Positions 12,453 to 25,200 of a DNA stretch of 49,622 bases are shown here, one piece after another. Source of the DNA: Macrostomum lignano (taxonomy: Eukaryota); NCBI GenBank assembly GCA_002269645.1, contig NIVC01003290.1:1-49622 (forward strand), given 5' to 3'. Below the pieces are notes generated by a model. The model saw nothing but the letters and a program-made list of their open reading frames with translations. It was not told the DNA's origin and did no database searches. The first letter of the stretch is position 1, and the number at the start of each line of letters is the position of its first letter. The translations under genes and the position numbers were made by a program.

Positions 12453-15400
12453 TCAGGACCCAAGCTCTCCCCTGACAGTCTTGACGGGCTGTCGCGAAGT
12501 GATGACGGCGGTGACGATCAGAATGGCGCCGAAGAAGGAGAACAGCAGCAGCACGCCGGCGAAGGTGGCCAGGAATCCCTCGCCGCCGATGTAGCGAGTT
12601 AGCAGCGGGGAGATGCGCGCCAGCGAGCCGTTGTTGGGCTTCGGCTGCAGGCCCAGCAGCTGGCAGGCCAGCGGGTAAAAGTCCACCGACTCCAGAGGCA
12701 GGTCCACCACAGCTCCGGCGGCCTTAAAGTCGGGGCCCCTGGCCACCCAGAGCGGCCGCATGTCTTCGGTATCGGCCGAGTAGCCGCTGACGCCCAGGGG
12801 CAGCGGGGCGCCGGCGCTGAGCCGCAGCAGCCAGGGCGGATTGGCGCGCGCATAGACAGGTGGGAGGCGCCTGCGGCAGCCGGAAAGGCGCAGCTCTGAA
12901 GGCAGGTGGGTGACGTCCCAAACGCTGAGTTCGGTCTTGGATTTGGCCAGGCGGTTTATCAGGTCGGCTGGCTGGTGACCAGCCTTTGGCCACAGCTGTG
13001 CCTGCGCACCAGGGGGCAAGTTCAGCCGGTGCTCGAACCAGTCAGCTGGGAGCAGCGAGTTAAGCTCGAGCACCTGAGATAAGATTTCAGCAAAGCGAGT
13101 ATAAAAACTAAGTAAACTCAAGGCAATTCGGCCTTTAATGTGCATAGGCAGTGTACCCCGTTCCCGATTATCATTCCCCGAGGAAAGATGCTGATGGGGA
13201 ATGATGCTGAGGGGGAATGATGCTGGGGGAATGATGCTGGGGGAATGATGCTGAGGGGAATGGTGCTATAATGGCACTCAGCTCAGACACTGACTTGGAT
13301 ATTGGTGAAGTCAGGGGCAAGGCTGTAATGGCACTCAGCTCAGACACTGCATGGACTGGGAGGCTGATTTCGAGGATCCCAGAGACTGTGAAGTTTCAAT
13401 GTGTGAGATACCGAACAGTGCCAAAAATGAAGCCAGTCGGGATGCGCTCGATGCAGGTGCTCACCTTGGAGGAGTCCACAGCGGCCATGCCGTGATCAGC
13501 CATGACCACCAGATTGACGGAGTCCAGCATCCCGAGCTGTCGAAGGCCGCTTAGCAGCCGGCCCAGATGCCCGTCCAGCTCCACCAGTTTTTCGCCTACT
13601 TCCTTGCTGACTGGGCCGTGAGCTCTCGCGGTGTCACCGGGCTCGGTAAAGTACATCAGGGCGAAGCTGATCTTGCCATGTGTGCCCGGCTTCGCCATCA
13701 GGTCAATCAGAAGCTGCACCTGGGCGGCCGGGTTGCTTGATGTGCCAATCTGGAGGCCGGCGGGGATCGGGAATGACTCAGTACTCAAATCTATACCAGC
13801 ATCTGTGCGCTTCTTTCAGAAGTCTAAGAAGCTGCAGAGCCGGGAAACAGTTTTGCTTTGCGATCGAAGGCTGCTTGAAACTTAGGCCAATCTACTTCTA
13901 CATGTACCGGCAGTGACAGACCAATAAAACAATGACAAGCATCACAGAACTTTCTCAGATTGGTGAGTCATCCCTTTTACGAAAATATTTTGCAGTGCAA
14001 TAAAATCCCCTGTGTATATATATAACTAAATTACCCTAACCCAAACTGTGAATAAAGACTACATTTTTAGCCTTATGTTTACCGTATTCTTCCAAATTGT
14101 TCGAATGGATCATTTAGGCTCTTTCAAAATAAGCCTTTATTCAATTCAAACTAATTATTAAGTTCCTATCAGTAGTAGTGTATGAGCATTTAAACATAAC
14201 TCACAACAGAGATAATCCATCATTCTTCGAATATTCTGTACTGGCACTGCCCAGTCTGCAATCAGACACTAACAGCACTGCCCAGTCTGCAATCAGACAC
14301 TCACAGCACTGTCCAGTCTGCAATCAGACACTCACAGCACTGCCCAGTCTGCAATCAGACACTCGCTATCGGCTCAGCACTGTCCAGTCTGCAATCAGAC
14401 ACTCACAGCACTGCCCAGTCTGCAATCAGACACTCACAGCACTGCCCAGTCTGCAATCAGACACTCACAGCACTGTCCAGTCTGCAATCAGACACTCACA
14501 GCACTGTCCAGTCTGCAATCAGACACTCGCTATCAGCTCAGCACTGCCCAGTCTGCAATCAGACACTCACAGCACTGTCCAGTCTGCAATCAGACACTCA
14601 CAGCACTGCCCAGTCTGCAATCAGACACTCACAGCACTGCCCAGTCTGCAATCAGACACTCACAGCACTGTCCAGTCTGCAATCAGACACTCACAGCACT
14701 GTCGAGTCTGCAATCAGACACTCGCTATCAGCTCAGCACTGCCCAGTCTGCAATCAGACACTCACTATCGGCTCAGCACTGCCCAGTCTGCAATCAGACA
14801 CTCGCTATCAGCTCAGCACTGCCCAGTCTGCAATCAGACACTCACTATCGGCTCAGCACTGCCCAGTCTGCAATCAGACACTCACAGCACTGTCCAGTCC
14901 GCAATCAGACACTCACAGCACTGTCCAGTCTGCAATCAGACACTCGCTATCAGCTCAGCACTGCCCAGTCTGCAATCAGACACTCACTATCGGCTCAGCA
15001 CTGCCCAGTCTGCAATCAGACACTCACAGCACTGTCCAGTCTGCAATCAGACACTCACAGCACTGCCCAGTCTGCAATCAGACACTCGCTATCGGCTCAG
15101 CACTGTCCAGTCTGCAATCAGACACTCACAGCACTGCCCAGTCTGCAATCAGACACTCACAGCACTGTCCAGTCTGCAATCAGACACTCACAGCACTGCC
15201 CAGTCTGCAATCAGACACTCACAGCACTGTCCAGTCTGCAATCAGACACTCACAGCACTGTCCAGTCTGCAATCAGACACTCGCTATCAGCTCAGCACTG
15301 CCCAGTCTGCAATCAGACACTCACAGCACTGTCCAGTCTGCAATCAGACACTCGCTATCAGCTCAGCACTGCCCAGTCTGCAATCAGACACTCACTATCG

Positions 15401-16864
15401 GCTCAGCACTGCCCAGTCTGCAATCAGACACTCACAGCACTGCCCAGTCTGCAATCAGACACTCACAGCACTGCCCAGTCTGCAATCAGACACTCGCTAT
15501 CGGCTCAGCACTGTCCAGTCTGCAATCAGACACTCACAGCACTGCCCAGTCTGCAATCAGACACTCACAGCACTGCCCAGTCTGCAATCAGACACTCACA
15601 GCACTGCCCAGTCTGCAATCAGACACTCACTATCGGCTCAGCACTGCCCAGTCTGCAATCAGACACTCACAGCACTGTCCAGTCTGCAATCAGACACTCA
15701 CAGCACTGCCCAGTCTGCAATCAGACACTCACAGCACTGTCCAGTCTGCAATCAGACACTCACAGCACTGTCCAGTCTGCAATCAGACACTCGCTATCAG
15801 CTCAGCACTGCCCAGTCTGCAATCAGACACTCACTATCGGCTCAGCACTGCCCAGTCTGCAATCAGACACTCGCTATCAGCTCAGCACTGCTCAGTCTGC
15901 AATCAGACACTCACTATCAGCTCAGCACTGTCCAGTCTGCAATCAGACACTCGCTATCGGCTCAGCACTGTCCAGTCTGCAATCAGACACTCGCTATCAG
16001 CTCAGCACTGCCCAGTCTGCAATCAGACACTCGCTATCGGCTCAGCACTGTCCAGTCTGCAATCAGACACTCACTATCAGCTCAGCACTGTCCAGTCTGC
16101 AATCAGACACTCACTATCAGCTAAGCACTGTCCAGTCTGCAATCAGACACTCGCTATCAGCTCAGCACTGTCCAGTCTGCAATCAGACACTCACAGCACT
16201 GCCCAGTCTGCAATCAGACACTCACAGCACTGCCCAGTCTGCAATCAGACACTGATTATCTGTTTGAGCCCACCTGTTGCGGGGAGCCAGAGGAGCCGCC
16301 GAACAGCAGGGCTTTGCCGGGCAACAGCAAAAGCGACTTGCCGCCTTGCCGCTGGTTGGCGAGCCACAGAGGCTCCGGGAAGCCCTTGTAGAACCAAGCG
16401 GCATCGCTGAGGCTGGTGAGGTTTGTCTTGTGAAAGACCACGCCAGGCCTGTCGCTGTCCAGAAAGGAGTCGAAGGGGATGCAGTGGCTCTCCGGATACA
16501 AGCCAGTCAGCATGCTCCAGTAGTTTGGCATGGAGTCAGTTGGGTTCACGCTGCGCATTTTGCTGGCTCGAACTCCCTGCTTGAGCAGCGTTTCAAAACT
16601 AGACAAATTGACGCCGCGAGACTTGTACACATCGGGGAGGTCATAGCGGAGTCCATTGAAAATGAGCACGATTAGGGGCGATGTTGAACCGCTTTCGTGC
16701 TCCATGGAATGGTCATGGTGCATGGAGTGGCCGTCATGCTGGACACCTGGGTCAGCAGGAACATGCATATTATGTTGCATGTGATCATGCATGTCTTCTG
16801 CTTGGCTTCCAGGACATGCAGAGACGACAAGCAGTGCCAGCAGCCACCAAATCCAGCTAGTCAT
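12453..16864 (-). CDS. ENPP4/5-like (nucleotide pyrophosphatase/phosphodiesterase family) type I membrane protein, probably a pseudo-enzyme
   Basis: Exons 16864-16274, candidate 14235-14205, 13790 (or 13802)-13465, 13073-12453. Signal peptide MTSWIWWLLALLVVSACPGSQA. Motifs: LIFNGLRYD, PTDSMPNYWSMLTGLYPESH, EPLWLANQRQG, YFTEP..HGP, VVMADHGM, DMRPLWVARGPDFK, ESVDFYPLACQLLGLQPKPNNGSL. C-terminal TM segment FLATFAGVLLLFSFFGAILIVTAVI. Confidence 0.92.
13188..13350. repeat. short intronic repeats: (ggggaatgatgct)-type run plus a 24-bp direct repeat
   Basis: About 5-6 copies of ggggaatgatgctg at 13188-13265, and taatggcactcagctcagacactg at about 13269 and 13327. Confidence 0.8.
14244..16252. repeat. 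31/40-bp two-variant intronic minisatellite, about 2 kb
   Basis: Units cactgcccagtctgcaatcagacactcacag (31) and cactgcccagtctgcaatcagacactcgctatcggctcag (40), interspersed, in ENPP intron 1. Confidence 0.98.
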
Positions 16865-18706
16865 TGTCTGGCCCTAACACAATACACCATGCAGTGAATT
16901 GTTAAAAATATTGAAATCTAAGTGTAAGTTTAGTCTAGTCTAGTACAACATGGACAATAGAGGACAAGAAGATAGGGCTGCTTTTGATAAGTGCAAATAT
17001 TTGTCTTAAGAGCAGCTAATAGACCTTGTTGCCAGTTATGAATAGCTTAAGTATATATAGCTTTAGCAATAGTATATGGTCTACTACACAGTGATTGAAC
17101 AGTTTGAATAATGAACAGGTATTCCTATGACAAAGGCAGCAAAAAACAAATGTCTAATGTCTAAATTCATAAGTCTATTTGATATCTATACATAGTTTAT
17201 GCTAAGGATGACTCACCAATGGCCTTAAAAAGCATTATATATTGTGTGATATAACTTATTGGCTATAAAAATAATAAGCTATTTAAAAAGATATATTTTC
17301 AATTAAACTTGCAATCTTTAATAGCAAATACAATTTCCTTACAATTTAATCTTCTTACAATCTCTTTACAATTTAATTATGCATTTTCTTGTTATTTCTA
17401 ATGCCTCTTGCTTTCATTTGTTATTCTCTAACCTTTAAAATCAATGAATAATAAATCTTTAAAATGAGATACATTTAATGTTTGAGAGACATCAAAGATT
17501 AAAAAAGGAAAAAAACTCTTTGAATAAACTATATATAGTTTTTGGCATTATATTTTTGTTATTGCTTAAGGAAATGATATATAATTAAAGCAAAAAGCCT
17601 TAAATAAAAGCTAGTTATCTAGCCTAAAAAGATAATAGCATCCCCTTTATCCTTTGAGCTTAGTATCAAAGCTTTTATTTAAATTAGAAAAGCTTCAAAA
17701 TAAGCATTGACATTAAAAAGAAATAAGAAGTATGCAACAATTATACAAAAAAAGCTTTTAACTAAGTTGGGTCTATAAAGAATAAAGATTTCAATATATA
17801 TTTTCTAAGACTAAGAGTTCTAATCTAAGAGTTATTTCTATATACTAGACTATTTCTAAAAATCAAATAAATTTTAAAATTCTAGCAACAAAACTCGTCT
17901 TTTTGCATTGTGTCCTAGTAATACCATATTTTCTATCTTAGAAGATATTAGTAAATTGAAACTTTGAAAGTAATACTAGGCCCCTATCTTTTAAAGGTTA
18001 AAGCATATAATATTTTTATATTGCTTTGCACTAGATAACAACAAAACAACAACAGAACAAAAACAACAACAAAATACGGTGTCAGGGTGCTTAGAATACT
18101 GACAGGGCGCGCCTTTAGGACAGAAAATATAAATGATCTATCCTCGACGACCACACATTAGATAAGATAAAGTCAAGAAAAAATATTCCAAGTTCTGTTG
18201 ATTATCCAATTAACATGTAAGGCTGCCCGGTCATGCTACATCTACGCAGGCCTACACATAACGCAAATATATATTAATTTTAGAGCTGTTCTATCTAATC
18301 TATTTCGTCACATGTTAAATCATGTGTAAACTATGTCTATGATATCATATTATCATGTTAATCAATTTGTAGTTTAATTAAAAAGAAGCCTTTGATGCGA
18401 AATGGTGGTTAGACTCATAATAGTAAATAAATTTCACTATTTACTATAGCACTCAAGATATTATTTATAAGCTTTTCTCGTCTTTTGCATTTATCAATGA
18501 ATTTAACATCTTTTTGGAGCATTTTTACGTTTTTATTTATTTTACTTCTTGAACACAAGAGTCCGTAGTTGCAAACTTTCAATTCTGCGAGCTTGGTTCT
18601 TTTTATCGAAAAAATACAAGGGCGAAATTCTTTCTTTATTCTCCATTAATTCAAAACCTTGTTAACTATTTCAAGTAAAATCAACTTTCGAGTTTAAAAT
18701 CCTAAA

Positions 18707-20082
18707 ATGGCCACGCCTGCTCCGGTTAAAAAGGTTTTTAAGATTCGCATGTCTCGGGGAGAAACTGACGACTCTGACATTGATTTAGAGAGAGTTGAGG
18801 ATTATGTTTTATTTGATGAGCGTGAGAATGCAATCCGCTTTGGTGAAATATATAAGATGAAGAAAACAATTTTTATTTTTCTTCGTGTAAGTATTTCAAC
18901 TTTCTGAATATTTTAAAGTGTTTTTTTAAATGTTTGTGATCTAGCATCTAACACTAATATATAATAGATGGCGCAACATTTCAATTGACTTACAAACTAC
19001 TCTGTAAATACTACATTGAGAATAATAAAATGTTTACTTTATCATGCTTGCTATCTGTGAGGATTTGTATTTGTATCATATTTTTGTTAGTGAAGATTAT
19101 AAGTCAATAATATAGGGAATTTTATAATTAGTTAGATAGCAAGTTAATAATTGGTTTTGGTATATGAAAATAAGATGTAGGATTTTTATATATTTATCAT
19201 GCTTTGAACTTCATTTTAGCATCCGCAGTGCTTCACTGTGAAGGAGTACATGGATGATTTGTGTCGTGTTTCTACCGAAATGCTGGAGGAAGTAAATGTT
19301 CAGTTGGCTATAATTCTGCCATCCAAATCGGAAACAGCATTTGTAAGTTTGTGCCACAATAATAACGGCCTATTGGCTGCTGTTAAAATTTCAGCTGCTC
19401 GTTAGTACCCGAGAGTCTCTCGTGCTAATGTATATTTATACTCGTAGATAATGTCAAATGTAAATTCAACTAAAATAAAACCATATATAGCTCATAGTTT
19501 GCTGATCTCAGGGATGTACTCTTTTGATGGCCCACTAAAAGCTTTTGGAGGTAAAACATTTCAATAATATGAATGAAAATTATTGAACTACCACAAATAA
19601 CTGTAGACATTTCGCACCGAGTTCATGCTTGGCCACTCTGTCTACTGTGATCCTGAGATGGCATTGTACAAGGAGCTGGGCTTCACTCTGGTGACCAGCA
19701 CTGGAGGTAAGTGTTTCCCTTAGAATTACCATGGGAAGTCTTCATAAAATAGAATTCATTCTCTTTTAATTGCTATTTGGCTAAATGCTTTGCTGATATT
19801 TGGTGCTTTCTCTCCACAGAGACCCTTGCAAGCAGCAAGCACGTGAAGTCAGGCTGGGTGTCTGGTGTCCTGCAGAGCACCTACCGCGCAATGTGGTACC
19901 AGGATTTCTCGGCCGATATGTACCAAAACGGTGGCTGTCTGGTGGCTGGTCCTGGCCGCCTGCTGCACTTTTTCCACCGGGACAAGTGCCTCTTTGACCA
20001 GGTATCCATCAACAAGGTGCTCGAGTTCGTAGGCGCTGGAGTCATCAGCTTTCCCAAGGATGCGCGGGTCATCACTGTGTGA
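18707..20082 (+). CDS. PRXL2C: Peroxiredoxin-like 2C / AAED1-like (AhpC-TSA_2 domain), complete, 221 aa
   Basis: Exons 18707-18886, 19220-19342, 19607-19706, 19820-20082, phases consistent. Motifs: IFIFLRHPQCFTVKEYMDDL, VYCDPEMALYKELG, SKHVKS..GVLQS..RA, QNGGCLVAGPG, HRDK..DQVSINKVL. Confidence 0.93.
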
Positions 20083-22249
20083 TGCGTGCCTGTTATGGAG
20101 ACTCAGCATGAAGGCGTGCGTAGCTCAAAGCTTAGCTGAGCACTTTTAATTAGAGCTCCTGGCACAGTCTGTAATCTACTGCTGTTGGGATATAAAATAA
20201 GTGCGAGAAAAATGCTAAAATATTTTGTCAACTTGAAGAAATCATAGCAGGTATAGTAGATAGTTCTGCCAGCATACGAGCATAGCCTTTTCAGCTTTAT
20301 TACGCTCGTACTATAGCGATTTATTTACATGTACAGCAGCTGTTTCACCCCTTCCACTATTTTTCGTGCTTGCAATTCGTTGCCGCGCTTCCCTCAAACG
20401 AAGCTGCTCTGTTCCACTGCTCAGACTTGATTTTTTCTCCACTCGATTATTTGATGAGTTTTTGTAAGCCCTCGCACCTGTTTGTGTTCCGATGCTTCAA
20501 TAGCACTTTGCACCCGTTTTATATAAATTTTTCAATACAGCTGACGCGGAATGATTTTTTTGATAAGGAAACAACGGTCAACATTTATTTTTCATCTGCA
20601 ATAATTGTTTGATCCAAAAATTGGAACAAAACGATGCTAAAACCAGTTAATTTTCTGCGCATATAATAAAGATTACATTTAACACGAATTTGAGACTATC
20701 TGCGGCACAAGACAAAATGGCAGCTTCAAGGTCTTCAAGGTATTGCAACAGCACATTTCTCGTACAGAGGCTGGGTAGCCTTCTACACAGGTATAAGCAT
20801 GTCTATCGCCACTTCTTCTGAACTAGGTCGTATACTAATAATTACGTATATACGTAATTATTAGGAGACCTGCACGAAGCAAACTTGCCTCTTGCAGTAT
20901 ACTGTGTCAATGCACCAAATGATGCCTCAATTTACCATATAATTGTCAGCAATCACTTCTATCCTTATCTACTTAAATACCAGCATTAAGGTGGCTCTCG
21001 ATGGCTGCAGTCTCTGATTACACTACATAAAAGACAGACCGTTGTAAACTGAAAAGTTTGTTACAAACAAAATATATCACAACATTAATACACAATTGCA
21101 GGTAAAAAAAGCTATGAAAGTGAGAGTTTTATCGAGAACATTGAGTATTAATGAATAAAATTTATTGTATTTGGCTTTAGCTTTTCCATCAGTTTGTGTA
21201 ATTAACTATGAAAGTACATTACCTAGCGTTACAGTCCTAACATACACTTGTGTACGGAAATACGACTATCACCAATGAACGCTCTGCAGCAGAAACTAAA
21301 AATCTGTGTTAAAACAGGACATAAAATTATTTTGATAGAATTTCTCTGAGTGTGCTGGAAGTTTTGGAATTTTTTTCGCCATACTGTAGACCTAATTTAC
21401 ATTAAGGAATCGCTACTGCAGTGGGATCTGTACTTTATGAATTGCTTGTACTTAACTGATAAAATTAATGTTCGCTGGTGCTTGGAGTCGAAGAAACTTT
21501 GAGGTGAGATGATATTCTGTGGTGAGATTGAAAACACTGAATACAACTGACGAAAACAAAAGCAAAAATTTAATAACAATTTTGCTTTACATCGTTCTCC
21601 AGCTCACAGTCGGTAGAAGCAAATTCGATGCTCAAACCAAAATCATGAATATTAACCCTAACCCAAGTCAATGACGGCCTGAACGAGATGTTTTCGATCG
21701 TCTTCTCGATAAACCTGAAAAAGCCGGACCTGCTGTGAGCTGTCAAGATCGAGTGAAAAGTCAGTAAAAATGACCACGCACAATCAGCTGACAAAAATTA
21801 ACAAAGGACACAAAACCAAAGCGTGAACTTTCTGAGCACAAACAGAAAAAATCCAGTATTGAGAAGCACGAGTAGGCAAGCCGGAACAAGAAGTGCATGG
21901 CAGCTGAGAGTGGGCTGAGTTGCAATCAGACAATGATAGCTTTGTAAAACTGATCCCAGAGACTTGGGAGGATCGGAAATGAGATGCAAAAGAATCTGAA
22001 AGGGGATTGTGTGGCGCTTGCAAAATAGTGAATTTTAATTGATCATGGTGGAGTAAAGAAAGCCTAAATGACTTTATTAGCGATGCATAGATGTGCTTGC
22101 TGAAGATACAGGTAGCTGAAGACTGTCGGAAAGAAAGATTGCAAAACTGTTTTAGGTTCCTTTATTATTTTCAGGAGCTCACTGAAGGTCCCACTGCAGC
22201 GCTATACTGATTCCGTCTCGGTGCCCAGGCAGATCTCGGAGCCCGGCCA

Positions 22250-25200
22250 TCAGGACCTTACAACCTGAGGGAGTTGCAGGGCCGACTGCTGGTGTAACAG
22301 CGAAGGAGGCGGCGGGTCAGGCGGTCGCACGGGAGGCGGCTGGGCAACAAGCAGTAGGGCTCGAAGTACGGAGCTCGGGGGCAGCCCGAGTATGGCGGAG
22401 TACAGACGGATGAATTCGCCGACCTCGGTCTGTGAGCGGCTGGCCAGCCAGCGCAACGAGCGGTGCCGACCTCCTGCTGCGGCTTCGGCGGCTGCGGCAG
22501 CTGCTGGAGCATCATGGGCGACGGCGGCCTCCACGGCGGCAGTCTCGGCTGCCTCCGACGGGAGACGGTCGGCGTTGCAGAATGCACAGTAAAAGGCCAG
22601 CGCCATCAGCAGGTCCGGGCTGCGGCCCACCAGCACAGCCAAGTCGGCGGCAGCGCCCTGCTGAGGCCCCACGGCGGCGTCGCTTCGTCGCAGAAAGGCG
22701 AGGGCGCCAAACGCGAGCGCCAGACCGCGGCTGTTAAGGCGCAGCAGGGCGAGGCGGTGGCGCGGGCTGAGCAGGCAGATGCTGGGCAGGGCGGACAGCA
22801 AACTGCCTGCCAGTTGTAGGCCGCCGGTGCTGCCATTGTAGAGCCCGGTGATGTCCCTGGTACCGCCAGCGTCGCTGTCCTCGGCAGCGCAGAGTCGGTA
22901 AAAATCGGCCAGGGCCTCACGCACGAAGCCGAGCATCTCCTCGGAGGACATTGGAAGCTGCTGCTGTTGTGGGGGGCCGCCGTCTTCACTGCCGGTGCCG
23001 CTGATCCAGTAGGTGAAGCTGGCCGGCGGGTGCCGGGGCCTATTTGAGGGAGAGGTCTAAATATCCTGAATTTGAGCAAAATTGCTAAAACTTGCAGTGT
23101 TGGCAAAGTGCAAAACGGGGGGTGAAAGAGATGGCCCTTGTAGTTCAGCCTATCACAGCATGCACAGAGGAACTCAAATCCATTTGCAAATTGCTCTATA
23201 AGGCTGCCGCAAGCCTATTTCTTAGCCGTGGCAAACTCTGCTTAACTCTCAGGATTGGGCTTAGCTCCAGTCGATTTCAGCATTCAGTGGTTCAAAATTT
23301 TAAAAAAGATCTGCGATCTACTTGGGCATCGGTTTTTACAGTTGCACATGAGTGAGTTAGGGCTGCATGAGAGAATAAATGCTAAGCGCAATGTGTCCAG
23401 TATTTACCCAATCGCTGGCAAGCAGCCTGGAAGCGGGGGCCTCTGATTGGTCAGCTCAGTCAGCTGACAGCCGGCACCCAGCCAGAGGCTGCTTGTGGCA
23501 ACCGCTGCAACTGCGGAAACGGTAGCAGTCGATGGAGGCGGTGGTGGCGGCGGCGGCGGAGGCAGCTGCGGCGGCGGCAGCGGCTGCATCAGCGGTGGCT
23601 TGGGCTGCCAGTAAAGAAATCCGGGCCGGTTCTCCTTGCGCCCTCGGTAATTGGCCCGGGTCACCAGCTTGCTGAGCGCTGCGGGCGGGGATACGGCATC
23701 GGGCATCGGGACTCAGGGTGAAATGAGGGGCTATTAGCGCCTCTAGTCGATTCCAGACTGAAAAGAGCAGCTCTGTCTTTCTCCAGAATTCCCCAGCTTA
23801 GAGTGAAGTTTCTCCACTTGAACGCCAGCGATAGGCAAAAATCGGGAGCCTGAGTGGCGTTAAAGCAAAGTATTTTTGACTAGTTTTATGTGTTCGGATA
23901 AAGTTGGTAAAAGCAATTATTGCACAAAAGTATTAACTGCCCGACTGTGTTCCTCGAAAAATTACTGCCACTTTCACTTCCCATTTTCATTAGTTTGATG
24001 AGTTAATTATTCCATGTTTTTAAGACGCTACTTGCCTAATTACCCAGAGCGCACATGAGGCAATGGGGCAGGGACTCTATACTGTCGGAACTTTCTGCTC
24101 GTATATCAGACTGGAGGTGGCCATGAGCGACTGAGATGCTCATCAGCCAGCTACGTACGCGTGATGAGCTCCGGCTTCATCCCTGCGGCAAGGCAGCGCT
24201 TCAGCCGACAGGCGGGGCAGCGCTTGCGCAGCCGGCCGGTGGTTGGACAGTTGCCCGCCATCCTGCAGAGTCGCAGCTGCCACGGCGTGGTTGGGTGGGG
24301 CGGAGATGTGCGGATTGCACGGCTTGTTCTGATCCAAGGAGAACGGATGAGGCGAGGTTTCATTGCATTTAATGGAGCTGTGCAAAATTAGTGGCGTTTT
24401 CAGTTAAAACTGGCAGGGCCAGTGCGAAGGTACTTGAGGAGCTGGTTGTATCAGTGCGAAGGTACTTGAGGAGCTGGTTGTATCAGTGCGGAAGGTGCTT
24501 GAGGAACTGCATGGTTGTATCAGTGCGAAGGTGCTTGAGGAACTGCATGGTTGTATCAGTGCGAAGGTGCTTGAGGAACTGCATGGTTGTATCAGTGCGA
24601 AGGTGCTTGAGGAACTGCATGGTTGTATCAGTGCGAAGGTGCTTGAGGAACTGCATGGTTGTATTAGTGCGGAAGGTGCTTGAGGAACTGCATGGTTGTA
24701 TCAGTGCGAAGGTGCTTGAGGAACTGCATGGTTGTATCAGTGCGAAGGTGCTTGAGGAACTGCATGGTTGTATTAGTGCGAAAGGTGCTTGAGGAACTGG
24801 TTGTCGGTGCAAAGGTACTTGAGGAGCTGGTTGTATCGGTGCGTAGGTGCTTGAGGAAGTGGTTAGTTCAAAGGTGCTTGAGGAACTGCATGGTTGTATC
24901 AGTGCGAAGGTGCTTGAGGAACGGGTTGTATCAGTGCGAAGGTGCCTGAGGAACGGGTTGTATCGGTGCGAAGGTGCTTGAGGAACTGGTTGTCAGTGCA
25001 AAGGTACTTGAGGAACTGCATTATTGTATCAGTGCGAAGGTGCTTGAGGAACTGGTTGTGTCAGTTCGAAGGTGCTTGAGGAACTGGTTGTCGGTGCAAA
25101 GGTACTTGAGGAACTGCATTATTGTATCAGTGCGAAGGTGCTTGAGGAACTGGTTGTGTCAGTTCGAAGGTGCTTGAGGAACTGGTTGTCGGTGCAAAGG

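Noticed and set aside
14030-14046. Telomere-like taaccctaaccc (also at about 21653)
   Set aside because: Only about two units; expected by chance.
14178-16124. 648-aa Cys/His-rich ORF (HSQHCPVCNQ repeats) resembling a zinc-finger protein
   Set aside because: It is the translation of the 31/40-bp intronic array on the strand opposite ENPP; the frame cycles with each unit.
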